Assembly: GCA_964539765.1 (NCBI GenBank)
Contig: CAZIJZ010000004.1
Location: 12,413-76,412, forward strand
DNA from: an uncultured Smithella sp.
GTDB lineage: Bacteria > Desulfobacterota > Syntrophia > Syntrophales > Smithellaceae
Direction: 5' to 3'
Length of the DNA stretch: 64,000 nucleotides
The translations under genes and the position numbers were made by a program. How positions within the stretch are numbered: the stretch's first letter is position 1; the number at the start of each line of letters is the position of its first letter. Below the pieces are notes generated by a model that was given only the letters and a program-made list of their open reading frames with translations, did no database searches and was not told the DNA's origin. This document shows positions 18,064-28,266 of this stretch, piece by piece.

Positions 18064-18978
18064 TCAGGGAGTTGATTTATTTTCCGTTTCCGGAAGAACA
18101 GGGCTTGTTTTTTGTTCTTCCGGAACGGTTTCTTCCTTTTGCGTTTCAGCCTGCTCAACGGATTCACTTTCCAGTTCGGTTACTTCAGGAACATTTGCTC
18201 CGACTTGTTCTTCAGCTTCTTCCTCCGTTTCTGCCTCACTTTCATCCGCTTCGGAGATCATTTCTTCATATTCCTGAATGACAATGCCGCGGCGCACCAT
18301 GATCTGATAAATCCGTGCCGAGCGATAAGCCACGTATTTTGAAGAACCATTCGGCTTATATTTGACGGGATTGGGCAAAACCGATGCCAGAACCGCGGCT
18401 TCCCGGGGTCCTAGGGAGGCAGCGCTTTTTCCGAAATGTTTTCGGGCTGCTGCTTCGATTCCGAAAATCCCGTCACCCCATTCCGCAACATTCAGATAAA
18501 GCTCCATGATCCTTTTTTTGCTTAAATTACGCTCCATGCGCCAGGTCAGAATGGCTTCCTTGATTTTCCGGACAGGATTTTTTGACGGGGAGAGATACAG
18601 ATTTTTTGCCAGTTGCTGAGAAATGGTGCTTCCGCCGGCCTTGAATTTCTTTTTGGCGATGTCTTTCTCCAACGCTTTTTGCATGGCGTCAAAATCAAAC
18701 CCCTCATGCGACCAGAACTTATCGTCTTCGGCTATAATGACCGCCTTCATGACATAAGGAGATATTCTGGACAGGGGCACCCAGAATTTCGTAATTTTTT
18801 TATTGACCCCTTCTTTTTTCCATATCTTTTCTCTGTATTTCATAAAAGCCGTTTTTTCAGGACAACTTTTTTCTAAAGAGCCTACCCACGGATAAACAAA
18901 ATAACGTCCTACATCAACGACAAAAAATATTATGATTAACAACAAGGTTATCGAAATAATTTTCCAAAGCAGTCGCAT
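18064..18978 (-). CDS. mtgA: Monofunctional peptidoglycan glycosyltransferase with acidic C-terminal tail
   Basis: N-terminal TM helix. GT51 motifs IIAEDDKFWSHEGFD, GGSTISQQLAKNL and RKIKEAILTWRMERNLSKKRIMELYLN. The last 69 aa are Glu/Ser/Thr-rich low complexity. Confidence 0.85.
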   Translation of the reverse strand: MRLLWKIISITLLLIIIFFVVDVGRYFVYPWVGSLEKSCPEKTAFMKYREKIWKKEGVNKKITKFWVPLSRISPYVMKAVIIAEDDKFWSHEGFDFDAMQKALEKDIAKKKFKAGGSTISQQLAKNLYLSPSKNPVRKIKEAILTWRMERNLSKKRIMELYLNVAEWGDGIFGIEAAARKHFGKSAASLGPREAAVLASVLPNPVKYKPNGSSKYVAYRSARIYQIMVRRGIVIQEYEEMISEADESEAETEEEAEEQVGANVPEVTELESESVEQAETQKEETVPEEQKTSPVLPETENKSTP

Positions 18979-19361
18979 AACAATCCTTTTAATCTTTTAT
19001 AGCATAATCATTTTATACAAACTTAAGATCAGTTTCGGCAGGAACTGCCATAACCGAAAATTAACATAAAATCCAATAATAATTTAACCGGGCAACCGCG
19101 AACATTTATGACCAAAAAACAAATAGATTTAATGACTTGCTATAAAATAATGGCCGCTTCCCGCAAAATAAATTTGACAGAGGGTGTTTTTTTTAGTAAG
19201 TATCTCGCCAATATATATTTCGTTGTGTATTTTTTGTCAAAATGCACGGCAGGTGTGCAAACAACAAGTTACAAGTTTTTCGGTTAAAAAAATGATATTA
19301 AATCGAAATATGTACACCGTTAATAGGATAATACCCCCAATCAAAAAGGAGGCATTTCATT

Positions 19362-20339
19362 ATGAAACGGCGAATAATTGTATTTTCGGGACTCTTTGCC
19401 CTTTTTTTGTTGTTCGGTCTTAGTTTCAACGCTTTCGCAACACATTATAAAGTAAGGAACGGAGACACTCTCTATAGCATTTCTAAAAAATTCAACGTTA
19501 GCGTCAATGAAATCAAGAAAGCTAACAATCTTCGCAAATCAACCATTAAAGCCCATCAAGTTTTGAAAATCGCCCCGGTAAAAAAAAGGGCATCAAAATC
19601 AGTTGCTTCCAAAAAACATGATTCCTCGTATCACATAGTCAAAAGAGGAGACACCCTTTCTCAAATCGCGCAAAGGAATCATATTCCGTTAAAGAAATTA
19701 ATGGCGCTAAACAACATTAAATCCAAGACAATCAGGGCCGGTCAGAAAATCATTCTGGCTAAAGCCATTCCGGAAGCCCCTCCAAAAACAGAAACGACCG
19801 AAAATCAGAATGAAGCAATCATTGCAGACGCAACGGAAGACGCTGGTGCAAATGAAGATATGGAAACAGGGAAAGATTCCGATGCAGAAGAAGGCTTCTT
19901 CTCCCATGTTTTTAGTTTTGGGCAGGATGAATTTTTAGGAAAATGGAGAAGCACCAATGAAATGCAAAGGTTGATTAAAAAGGCGACCGGATTTCTGGGT
20001 TCACCTTACAGACTTGGCGGCAATTCCAAAAGAGGAATTGATTGCTCCGCCCTTGTCCAGAAGGTTTACGGCAGTTTTAATGTAAAATTACCGCGCGTCG
20101 CCCGCGACCAATCGAAAGTAGGCGTTGAAGTAGATATTAATGAACTGGTAGAAGGAGATCTGGTATTTTTCCATACGAATCGCTCTTTCGGACATGTCGG
20201 AATTTACATAGGCAACAACGAATTCATCCATGCATCTTCAAAGAGCAAACGGGTCCGTATTGACAGCATGGATCATCCTTTCTATCAGGAAAGATTTCAG
20301 CGGGCCGTCAGGATCAAAGAATTGCCCATGGGAGGCTAA
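19362..20339 (+). CDS. Cell-wall hydrolase: two LysM repeats plus NlpC/P60 peptidase domain
   Basis: Signal peptide. LysM repeats YKVRNGDTLYSISKKFNVSVNEIKKAN and YHIVKRGDTLSQIAQRNHIPLKKLMALN. NlpC/P60 motifs GIDCSALV...GHVGIYIG...FIHA. Confidence 0.9.
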   Translation: MKRRIIVFSGLFALFLLFGLSFNAFATHYKVRNGDTLYSISKKFNVSVNEIKKANNLRKSTIKAHQVLKIAPVKKRASKSVASKKHDSSYHIVKRGDTLSQIAQRNHIPLKKLMALNNIKSKTIRAGQKIILAKAIPEAPPKTETTENQNEAIIADATEDAGANEDMETGKDSDAEEGFFSHVFSFGQDEFLGKWRSTNEMQRLIKKATGFLGSPYRLGGNSKRGIDCSALVQKVYGSFNVKLPRVARDQSKVGVEVDINELVEGDLVFFHTNRSFGHVGIYIGNNEFIHASSKSKRVRIDSMDHPFYQERFQRAVRIKELPMGG

Positions 20340-20393
20340 GTAATCGGACGAAATGGTCTTTATATGATCATTAAAATATCTATGCATGCAAAA

Positions 20394-20436
20394 ACAAAGG
20401 GCTTTGTGAAAATATTCCAAAGCCCTTTGTTTTTTA
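20394..20436 (+). terminator. Intrinsic terminator
   Basis: 13-bp perfect stem ACAAAGGGCTTTG / CAAAGCCCTTTGT followed by TTTTTT. Confidence 0.8.
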
Positions 20437-20635
20437 TAATTTTTTACCTTTTGCCAGTTGATTATCGGCTGGGTTTATTATATAAGTTCGCGGTCGTAAA
20501 TGCTTTCTTTAGTTCCGAAAAAATATAGATGGTATTGTAAATATTAACAATCCGCAGGCTGGAGGGTATAAACACCGTAACGTTTATCAGTTTATGCCGT
20601 TGATAAAATTAACTTTTCTGTTCAAGGACTAACCA

Positions 20636-22570
20636 ATGGGAAAAAACCTGGTGGAAAAAATTCTGGCAAAACATTTAGTTTCCGGCATTCTCAATGCCGG
20701 TGAAGAAATTGGTATCAGCATTGACCAGACCCTGACTCAGGATGCCACAGGCACCATGGCGTACCTGCAGTTTGAATCCATGAACGTACCCAGGGTAAAA
20801 ACAGAATTGTCCGTCAGTTACGTTGATCACAATACCATTCAGATCGGTTTTGAAAACGCAGACGATCATCTTTATTTACAAAGCGTGGCACAGAAATACG
20901 GAATCGTTTTTTCCCGGGCGGGCAATGGTATTTGCCATCAGGTTCATCTGGAACGATTCGGCAAACCCGGGAAAACCATGATCGGTTCGGACAGCCACAC
21001 CCCCACCTGCGGAGCACTGGCTATGATCGCCATAGGCGCAGGAGGTCTGGATGTCGCCCTTGCTCTGGCGGGGAAACCGTTTTATCTGATCTGTCCGAAA
21101 GTTAGTAAAATAAATCTGACCGGGAAACTCAAGCCCTGGGTCTCCGCCAAGGACATCATTCTGAAAGTGCTGGAAATATTTACCACGAAAGGAAACGTCA
21201 ACACGGTATTCGAATATGGCGGGAAAGGGGTGGAGTCATTAACTGTCCCCGAACGCGCCACCATCGCCAACATGGGTGCGGAATGCGGCGTAACAACTTC
21301 TGTTTTCCCCAGTGACAAAGTAACGCGTCTTTTCCTTCGTTCACAGCGCAGAGAAAAGGATTTCATCGAATTGAAACCGGATAAAGACGCCCAATACGCC
21401 AAAGTCGTCAACATTGACTTATCTAAACTTGAACCATTGACGGCCGGGCCACACAGCCCGGATAATATCAGTACGGTCAGAAAGATGAAGAAAATTGATG
21501 TGAACCAGGTTTGTCTGGGAAGTTGCACCAATTCCTCCTACAAGGATCTGGCTACGGTGGCCAAGATCTTAAAGGGCAAAACGGTTCACCCCGGTGTAAG
21601 TTTTATTCTGGCGCCGGGTTCAAGGCAGGTTCTGAAAGAATTGTCGAAAAACGGGTATCTGACCGACCTGATTGCCTCCGGAGCAAGGTTAATGGAAAGC
21701 GCCTGTGGTTTCTGCATCGGCAACAGCCAGAGTCCTCAATCAGCCGCCGTTTCACTGCGCACCTCCAACCGCAACTTTCTGGGTCGCTCCGGAACCATGG
21801 ATGCCAATGTTTATCTGGTCAGTCCGGAAACAGCCGCGGCGGCGGTTATCACCGGTAAATTTACCGATCCACGGGATTTGAAAATGAGTTATCCGAGAAT
21901 CACTCTCCCGAAAAAATTTACCATTGATGATTCGATGATGATGCGGCCGGATAAAAAAAAGAAGGATATCGAGGTCCTGCGAGGTCCGAACATCGGCATA
22001 TTACCCCGCAGTCCGGAGCTCACCGATACCCTGCACGGGCCGGTAACCATTAAGGTCGGCGATAAGATTACAACAGACCACATTATTCCTGCCGGTGCCC
22101 GGATGAAATACCGCTCCAATATTCCAAAGTACTCCGAATTTGTGTTTGAAAATGTCGATCCGACATTCGCCAAACGCGCCATGTCCATCAGACAGGACGG
22201 AAAACAAAATATTATCGTGGCCGGACATTCCTACGGACAGGGTTCTTCCCGCGAACATGCCGCCTTGTGTCCGATGTATTTGGGCGTCCGCGCGGTTATC
22301 GCCAAATCCTTCGAGAGAATTCACGCGGCCAACCTGATCAATTTCGGCATACTGCCCTTAACGTTTTGCGCTGAAAGTGATTACGATTACATTGATCAGG
22401 AAGATTTACTGGAAATTACCGAGACAAAAAGAATAATCGCCGAAGACGGAAAGTTTATGATGAGAAACAAGACAAAAGGCACTGCTTTTTATGTAAGCTG
22501 CACTTTGTCCGCAAGACAGAAGCAGATCATTCTGGCCGGAGGGGCGCTTAACATCAGCAACACAAAATAA
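20636..22570 (+). CDS. Aconitate hydratase (short, about 640-aa type)
   Basis: Aconitase Fe-S and substrate motifs [23 protein letters not shown] and NRNFLGRSG. Confidence 0.9.
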   Translation: MGKNLVEKILAKHLVSGILNAGEEIGISIDQTLTQDATGTMAYLQFESMNVPRVKTELSVSYVDHNTIQIGFENADDHLYLQSVAQKYGIVFSRAGNGICHQVHLERFGKPGKTMIGSDSHTPTCGALAMIAIGAGGLDVALALAGKPFYLICPKVSKINLTGKLKPWVSAKDIILKVLEIFTTKGNVNTVFEYGGKGVESLTVPERATIANMGAECGVTTSVFPSDKVTRLFLRSQRREKDFIELKPDKDAQYAKVVNIDLSKLEPLTAGPHSPDNISTVRKMKKIDVNQVCLGSCTNSSYKDLATVAKILKGKTVHPGVSFILAPGSRQVLKELSKNGYLTDLIASGARLMESACGFCIGNSQSPQSAAVSLRTSNRNFLGRSGTMDANVYLVSPETAAAAVITGKFTDPRDLKMSYPRITLPKKFTIDDSMMMRPDKKKKDIEVLRGPNIGILPRSPELTDTLHGPVTIKVGDKITTDHIIPAGARMKYRSNIPKYSEFVFENVDPTFAKRAMSIRQDGKQNIIVAGHSYGQGSSREHAALCPMYLGVRAVIAKSFERIHAANLINFGILPLTFCAESDYDYIDQEDLLEITETKRIIAEDGKFMMRNKTKGTAFYVSCTLSARQKQIILAGGALNISNTK

Positions 22571-22596
22571 CAAGAAGAGGGAATGTTCAATTTTTT

Positions 22597-23817
22597 ATGA
22601 CAGAAAAAATTAAAGTTAAAACCACCGTCGTCGAAATGGACGGCGATGAAATGACCCGAGTTATGTGGCAGATGGTGAAGGATAAACTCCTCATTCCCTA
22701 TCTGGACATGAATATCGATTATTACGATCTGCATGTCAAACATCGCGATGACACGGATGATAAAGTGACCGTTGATTCAGCCAAAGCGATCATGAAATAC
22801 GGTGTCGGAATCAAGTGCGCCACCATCACGCCTAATGAAGACCGGGTCAAAGAATACAATCTCAAAAAAGCCTGGAAAAGCCCGAATGGCACCATCCGCG
22901 CCATGCTCGACGGCACGGTTTTCAGGAAACCCATTTTGGTCAATAATATAAGCCCGAATGTTTCTTCCTGGAAGAGACCGATTATTATCGGCCGTCACGC
23001 TTATGGCGATGTTTACAGCAATGTGGAATTTGATATTCCTGCCGCGGGGAAGCTCGAAATGGTCTTTACCCCGCAGAATGGAAGTAAGACAATCAGCGTG
23101 CCGGTTTTTAATTTCCCGGGCAAAGGGATTGCGCAAGTTAATTATAATCTGGAACGATCCATAGTTAGCTTTGCGCAGGCTTGTTTTGCCTATGCTTTGA
23201 GCGAAAAAATTGATTTATGGTTTTCCACCAAGGATACGATTTCCAAAATATACGATGCCGGGTTCCGCGAAATCTTCCGGCAGGAATTTGAAAAGAACTG
23301 GAAGGAAAAATTCGATCAAGCGGGAATCGAATATTTTTTCACGCTGATTGACGACGCCGTTGCCCGGATTATGAAAAGCGAGGGCGGCATGCTCTGGGCG
23401 CTGAAAAATTATGACGGCGATGTCATGTCGGATATGGTCGCTTCCGCCTGCGGCTCACTGGCGATGATGACGTCGGTTCTTGTATCACCCCATGGCTGGT
23501 TTGAATACGAAGCGGCTCACGGCACTGTGCAGAAGCACTACTATAAACATTTGAACGGCGAAGAAACGTCCAGTAACTCGATGGCACTCATTTTTGCCTG
23601 GACCGGTGGTCTTCGCAAGCGTGGTGAAATGGACGGCACACCCGACGTCGTCCGGTTTGCCGACACATTGGAAGAAGCGGCCATAGCCACCGTTGAGAGC
23701 GGCATCATGACCGGCGATCTTCTGGCGCTCGCTGAAAAAAAAGCGTCCAACAAAAAAGTGAACACGGAAGGCTTTATCGACGCCATTGCCGCAACATTAC
23801 AAGATAAGCTTCAATGA
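22597..23817 (+). CDS. icd: NADP-dependent isocitrate dehydrogenase, eukaryote-like (IDH1/IDH2-type) subfamily
   Basis: 406 aa. Motifs [18 protein letters not shown] and [10 protein letters not shown], colinear with the dimeric subfamily II IDH. Confidence 0.9.
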   Translation: MTEKIKVKTTVVEMDGDEMTRVMWQMVKDKLLIPYLDMNIDYYDLHVKHRDDTDDKVTVDSAKAIMKYGVGIKCATITPNEDRVKEYNLKKAWKSPNGTIRAMLDGTVFRKPILVNNISPNVSSWKRPIIIGRHAYGDVYSNVEFDIPAAGKLEMVFTPQNGSKTISVPVFNFPGKGIAQVNYNLERSIVSFAQACFAYALSEKIDLWFSTKDTISKIYDAGFREIFRQEFEKNWKEKFDQAGIEYFFTLIDDAVARIMKSEGGMLWALKNYDGDVMSDMVASACGSLAMMTSVLVSPHGWFEYEAAHGTVQKHYYKHLNGEETSSNSMALIFAWTGGLRKRGEMDGTPDVVRFADTLEEAAIATVESGIMTGDLLALAEKKASNKKVNTEGFIDAIAATLQDKLQ

Positions 23818-24863
23818 CCGGTCGCGCTGAACATTCGCTTCCCAACCTGCTGGATTTTACGCAGGAGGAATTGCAGGACTTTATTTCCTCGCTGGGCAAG
23901 GAGAAATTCCGCGCGCAACAGATCATGAAATGCCTGTATCAGTCCGGCAGCACGTCCTTCGATGAGATGACCACCCTTTCCCGCGACTTCCGCGCCGGTC
24001 TTTCTCAAATTGCCCGCATCAGCCGTCCGCAAATTGTCAAGGTTCAGGAATCCAAAGACGGGACGAAAAAAGCGCTTTTGCGTCTGGAAGACGGACTTTT
24101 TATTGAAAGTGTCCTCATTCCGGGAAAAAACAACTGGACGATCTGCGTATCCACCCAGGCCGGCTGCGCCATGGACTGCAAGTTCTGTCTGACGGCACAC
24201 CAGGGCTTTAAAAGAAACCTGAATCCTTCGGAAATTACAGGGCAGATCCTGACGCTGAAACATGAATTGCCCGGATGCCCGGACATCAAAAATATCGTTA
24301 TGATGGGCATGGGCGAACCGCTGGCTAATTACGACAATGTCGTGGCGGCGATTAAAAATATCACCGGCGACTTCGGTCTGGGATTTTCCAACCGCAAGGT
24401 GACCGTTTCTACCTGCGGTCTTGCCCCGCAGATTATCCGGCTGGGAAAAGACATTTGCATTAATCTGGCCGTATCGCTCAACGCTCATGATAATGACACC
24501 AGAAGCGGTTTAATGCCGGTTAACAAAAAATACCCCCTGGAAATTCTGCTGGATGCCTGCCGGCAATATCCCATGCCCGGTCGTCGATTGCTGACTTTCG
24601 AATATATTTTAATGGACGGAATAAACTCTTCCGTGCAGGATGCTAAAAAACTGGCTGCATTGCTGAAAGGACAGCGCTGTAAACTGAATCTGATCGTTTT
24701 TAACGAATATCCGGGGTCGCCTTTTAAATCGCCGTCGCCGAAAACAGTGGAAGCTTTTCAGAAAATCCTGATTGACGCCCACTACACAACCATGCTTCGT
24801 GCCAGTAAAGGGAGCGATATTCTGGCCGCCTGCGGGCAATTGAGCGGAACCTACAAAAATTAG
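23814..24863 (+). CDS. rlmN: 23S rRNA/tRNA (adenine-C2)-methyltransferase, radical SAM
   Basis: 349 aa. CAMDCKFC radical-SAM cluster, GMGEPLAN and the C-terminal ACGQL. Its ATG overlaps the icd stop (ATGA). Confidence 0.9.
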   Translation: MTGRAEHSLPNLLDFTQEELQDFISSLGKEKFRAQQIMKCLYQSGSTSFDEMTTLSRDFRAGLSQIARISRPQIVKVQESKDGTKKALLRLEDGLFIESVLIPGKNNWTICVSTQAGCAMDCKFCLTAHQGFKRNLNPSEITGQILTLKHELPGCPDIKNIVMMGMGEPLANYDNVVAAIKNITGDFGLGFSNRKVTVSTCGLAPQIIRLGKDICINLAVSLNAHDNDTRSGLMPVNKKYPLEILLDACRQYPMPGRRLLTFEYILMDGINSSVQDAKKLAALLKGQRCKLNLIVFNEYPGSPFKSPSPKTVEAFQKILIDAHYTTMLRASKGSDILAACGQLSGTYKN

Positions 24864-25035
24864 TCAGGTTTTTCAGGGGTCGTTTCAGAATTACTTATAA
24901 TTTTAAAACCTGATTATCGCGTGTCCCGGTTCAATATTTTTACCCATTGACACTGAATGTTAAATCCTTTACAAGTATTAGAAAGTTCTGTTTTTTTACG
25001 CAATCCGCTTTGACTGAACCATCAAGGAGGTAAAG

Positions 25036-25563
25036 ATGATGAATGTCTTTCGTGAAAAAACGTGGTCACCCTATGTCGCCGGCGCCCTGGCGGGACTTTT
25101 GCTCATCCTTTCAGTTTTCATCACAGGAAAGTATTTTGGCGCCTCAACAACTTTTGTCCGCGTTGCCGGTTATGTCGAACAGACCGTAACGCCGGAAAAA
25201 ATTGCCGGCATGGAATACTTCATCAAAAACAAAGCAAAAATCGACTGGCAGGTCATGTTTGTTGTCGGAATTTTCTTCGGCGCTTTGGCCGCGGCCTGGC
25301 TTTCCGGAGATAAACGCATGGTCTCCGTCCCGAAGATGTGGGAAGAACGGTTCGGCTCGTCGCGCGCAAGGCGGTGGACTGCTGCGTTTCTGGGAGGCAT
25401 CGTCCTGATGTTCGGAGCCCGGCTTGCCGATGGCTGACCGAGCGGACACGGACTGAGCGGTCTGGCTCAGATAGCCTTCAGCGGTTATGTTTCATTAATT
25501 TGTTTCTTTCTGGGCGGCATGCTTATCGCCCGGATTTTATATGGAGGGAATCATCATGAATGA
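25036..25563 (+). CDS. YeeE/YedE-family (sulfur transport domain) membrane protein, first half of a split pair; proposed selenocysteine at UGA 25435-25437
   Basis: The track ORF stops at TGA 25435-25437, yet the frame continues for 41 more codons (PSGHGLSGLAQIAFSGYVSLICFFLGGMLIARILYGGNHHE) to TGA 25561-25563. The UGA sits where the family has a conserved Cys (GARLADG-U-PSGHG). A SECIS-like hairpin follows. AAGGAGG RBS before ATG 25036. Confidence 0.65.
25453..25470 (+). promoter_or_regulatory. Candidate bacterial SECIS hairpin
   Basis: CTGAGC-GGTCTG-GCTCAG, a perfect 6-bp stem beginning 16 nt after the UGA. From memory, the hexaloop GGUCUG matches the apical GGUCUG of the E. coli fdhF SECIS, which lies at a similar distance from its UGA. 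Confidence 0.55.
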
Positions 25564-26083
25564 GCTGGTTATTGGGGCAGTCACGGGAATTCTCTTCGGT
25601 TTTGTAATGCAGAAAGCCCAGGTCATCCGGTATGACCGCCAACTGGGTGCTTTACGTTTCCAAGATATGACCATTGTTAAATTCATGCTGACCACCATAC
25701 TGGTCGCCATGGTGGGGATTTATCTGCTTTTTGATCTTGGGCTTGTCAAGCTCTCCATCAAGCCGCTCATTCTTGGTGGAAACGTGCTGGGCGGTCTGAT
25801 TTTCGGCATCGGCTGGGGTATTGTGGGATATTGTCCCGGAACGGCAATGGGCGCCCTGGGAGAAGGCCGGTATGATGCGGTCTTTGGTTTACTGGGAATG
25901 ATTCTGGGAGCCGGCATTTACGCCGAACTGTATCCGACAATAAAAACAACGGTTCTCACCTGGGGAAATTTTGGAAAAATCACCCTGCCATCCGTGCTGG
26001 GAATCAACCACTGGTTTGTTATTATCATCGTGAGTGCGGTTTTCTTAGGTCTTTTCCGCTGTTTTGAAAAAAAAGGCGTTTAA
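25556..26083 (+). CDS. YeeE/YedE-family membrane protein, second half of the split pair
   Basis: MNELVIGAVTGILFGFVMQKA...GIVGYCPGTAMGALGEG. I prefer ATG 25556 (GGAGGG 7 nt upstream) over the track start 25541. It overlaps the extended upstream gene as ATGAATGA. Confidence 0.8.
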   Translation: MNELVIGAVTGILFGFVMQKAQVIRYDRQLGALRFQDMTIVKFMLTTILVAMVGIYLLFDLGLVKLSIKPLILGGNVLGGLIFGIGWGIVGYCPGTAMGALGEGRYDAVFGLLGMILGAGIYAELYPTIKTTVLTWGNFGKITLPSVLGINHWFVIIIVSAVFLGLFRCFEKKGV

Positions 26084-26102
26084 GACGGAATATACAAAAC
26101 GT

Positions 26103-26140
26103 CATCTCTGTCACGGCAGTATCCGGCCGTGACAGAGATG
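26103..26140 (+). terminator. Terminator-like hairpin after the YeeE/YedE pair
   Basis: Perfect 15-bp stem CATCTCTGTCACGGC / GCCGTGACAGAGATG with an 8-nt loop, 20 nt after the stop codon. No U-tract. Confidence 0.45.
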
Positions 26141-26342
26141 GACGCGGATTAAAAGATTCTGTTTGAAGAATAAATTCATCTTGCCGTCTTTTTAAAAGAA
26201 AAATCTTTTCCTTTTTACTCGTCACTCAAGGTAAAAGCAAAAATTGCGGATTTTCTTCTTTCAAATAATACGATTAGTGCTATGATATGACAATAAAATC
26301 ACAGGCACAAAGAAGGAATCACAGGTACCGGGAGAAGAAACG

Positions 26343-26831
26343 ATGAGAAATATTCATTTTCTGATCATCATTATTTTGACCGCCTTTTTGTTATCTGCTA
26401 ATGATTCCTGGGCGAAAAACTGGGTCTTACTGGGGGCAAACCCCTATGGCACGGAATATTACAACCCAATTGATGCGAAAAATGTCAATAAAAATATTAT
26501 ACGTGTAAGAACCAAAACGATCTATAACGAAAGGGGAAAGTTCAAGAATTTCTCCCTGCTCAAAAAAACGGACGAAGATCCCCGCAACCCTTACGTTTTG
26601 AGTTTTGAAATGCAACGGATTGAATTCAACTGTACGAGCGGGAAACACCGGTTACATTCAGGCGGTATTTATGACAAACGAGGCAACCTTATTGCTGATT
26701 TAACGCAACCAAGTGAAAAATGGAGCAAGGTTCCTGCCAAGTCCAATATTGAAAAGCTTAAGGATATCATTTGCGGTGATAAAGCTATTGCTAAAAAAAA
26801 TTATCCCAAAAACAAAGGGCTCAATCAGTAG
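26343..26831 (+). CDS. Secreted hypothetical protein (possibly surface-adhesin-E-like domain)
   Basis: 162 aa with the signal peptide ...SANDSWA. The W-x-L-L...YY-x-P-x-D...I-x-V pattern is reminiscent of Adhesin_E-like proteins, but the call is weak. Confidence 0.55.
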   Translation: MRNIHFLIIIILTAFLLSANDSWAKNWVLLGANPYGTEYYNPIDAKNVNKNIIRVRTKTIYNERGKFKNFSLLKKTDEDPRNPYVLSFEMQRIEFNCTSGKHRLHSGGIYDKRGNLIADLTQPSEKWSKVPAKSNIEKLKDIICGDKAIAKKNYPKNKGLNQ

Positions 26832-26872
26832 TGAATGATGGAGACTTCCATCGAAGCAGGAGAGACAAGATC

Positions 26873-27226
26873 ATGATAAAAAAATTATCCGTATTACTGG
26901 CTGTAATATTTTTGTTTTCTTGCGCGCAGATTGTCAGAAATCCGGTCAAATACGACCAACAGGTCTTTATCAATCATTACGAAAAAATGTTTTCAGCTGC
27001 CATGAATCAAGGCACCCGAATGTCATACAAAATTGATTATCAAAACAGGGAATATGGTTTGTTGAAAATGAGCCGTAAAGTCGGCGTCAGCACTTACAGG
27101 ATAACGGTAAAGTTTGATGATGACAATTTTACAATCAAGGGAGATATAGACACCGATATCTTTAATCCCTTTATCGGGGAAGATGCCAAAATCATCGAAG
27201 AAGCCATCAAAAATGCCGTAAAATAA
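26873..27226 (+). CDS. Small lipoprotein, function unknown
   Basis: Start at ATG 26873 (AGGAGA upstream). Signal peptide with lipobox LFSC. Confidence 0.6.
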   Translation: MIKKLSVLLAVIFLFSCAQIVRNPVKYDQQVFINHYEKMFSAAMNQGTRMSYKIDYQNREYGLLKMSRKVGVSTYRITVKFDDDNFTIKGDIDTDIFNPFIGEDAKIIEEAIKNAVK

Positions 27227-27296
27227 TCGTTTGCGGCCCAAACAGACCATTTTTGATTTTCACATCCGCGTGGGATCGGCAAACATTCAACAGGAT

Positions 27297-28034
27297 ATGA
27301 ATCAGAAAAACAGACAAACGGAAAATCAGAAGCGCTATTATATCATCTGGGCAATTCGATTACTGCTGATCACCTCGATACTAGCCAGTGTTGTTTTCAT
27401 CACCCTGCATCTTTTCAGTGACGATCTCGTCACCAAAAGAGAAATTATAGAAGAATTAAGCCAAAGAATTGAACTGCTTTTCTGGTCGGTTGTGACACTG
27501 ACATTGACATTCTTGCCCGATTATATCGAATACAAAAATATTCATCTTCCCCATATTCTGGAAATCATTATCGTGATCTTTATCTTTGCCGGAATTTTCT
27601 TAAGTGTCCGTTTTGAACTGTATTACAATGTCTTCTGGTGGGACGATGTTCTGCATACCCTTTCCGGAGTCATTATCGGGTTCTTAGGATTCATCATCAT
27701 TTACAAAATAAACAGTAAATACAGCATGGATATCAGCCCGCTTCTGGTGGCCGTATTTGCTTTTACATTTGCGATGACCATGGGGGTCATCTGGGAAATT
27801 TTTGAATTTGCCATGGACGTATTTTTCGGAACAACCATGCAGTCCTGGGATTTACCCCACAATACAACGCTTATCGGCCGGGCGTTTCAGGGCAGCGGCC
27901 TGCGCGATACCATGTCCGACCTCATTGTCAATAGCTTAGGAGCTCTTCTGACATCGGTTATCTGCTACTTTTTATATAAAAGAGAAAAGAAAAAAGCGCT
28001 GGCGCTGATGCATGAAATATTTCCTGACGCTTAA
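27297..28034 (+). CDS. Polytopic membrane protein, function unknown (YjdF/DUF2238-like impression only)
   Basis: About 6 TM helices, with WWDDVLHTLSG and VIWEIFEFAMD motifs. I prefer ATG 27297 over the TTG 27231 of the ORF track. Confidence 0.6.
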   Translation: MNQKNRQTENQKRYYIIWAIRLLLITSILASVVFITLHLFSDDLVTKREIIEELSQRIELLFWSVVTLTLTFLPDYIEYKNIHLPHILEIIIVIFIFAGIFLSVRFELYYNVFWWDDVLHTLSGVIIGFLGFIIIYKINSKYSMDISPLLVAVFAFTFAMTMGVIWEIFEFAMDVFFGTTMQSWDLPHNTTLIGRAFQGSGLRDTMSDLIVNSLGALLTSVICYFLYKREKKKALALMHEIFPDA

Positions 28035-28155
28035 ATCAACAAACTCAAAAACAGATTATTTTTAAACCTTTGTGCCGCCATGGTCTTATTATTTCTGAAT
28101 TTTGAAGCAAAAAAACTTATAGACGGATCCCGACAGACATCCGTTAAAAAAATGC

Positions 28156-28184
28156 TTGACAATGATTGGGTGTCTGTTTAGTAT
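28156..28184 (+). promoter_or_regulatory. Sigma70-type promoter of the TetR/RND operon (TTGACA 28156-28161, 17 nt, TAGTAT 28179-28184)
   Basis: Consensus -35 and a good -10 with 17-nt spacing. A short inverted repeat CTGAG-N6-CTCAG lies just downstream and is a possible operator. Confidence 0.55.
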
Positions 28185-28266
28185 TCCTGAGCAAACACTC
28201 AGCATGGGATATCATTTTCAGGACATTAATTTTCTCATTTATGCTCGAATTTTCGGGAATCTCCAG

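Noticed and set aside
25036-25437. The 133-aa ORF-track version of the first YeeE/YedE gene, and the 73-aa ORF at 25338..25559
   Set aside because: The 133-aa form would lack the conserved loop motif and the last TM helix. The in-frame continuation plus the SECIS-like hairpin explains the locus better. ORF 25338..25559 is an out-of-frame overlap with an Arg/Ser-rich nonsense composition.
28156-28266. Upstream extension of the TetR gene (ORF-track start at TTG 28156)
   Set aside because: The TTG is the first three bases of the -35 hexamer TTGACA. TetR-family HTH proteins start close to the position of ATG 28267.
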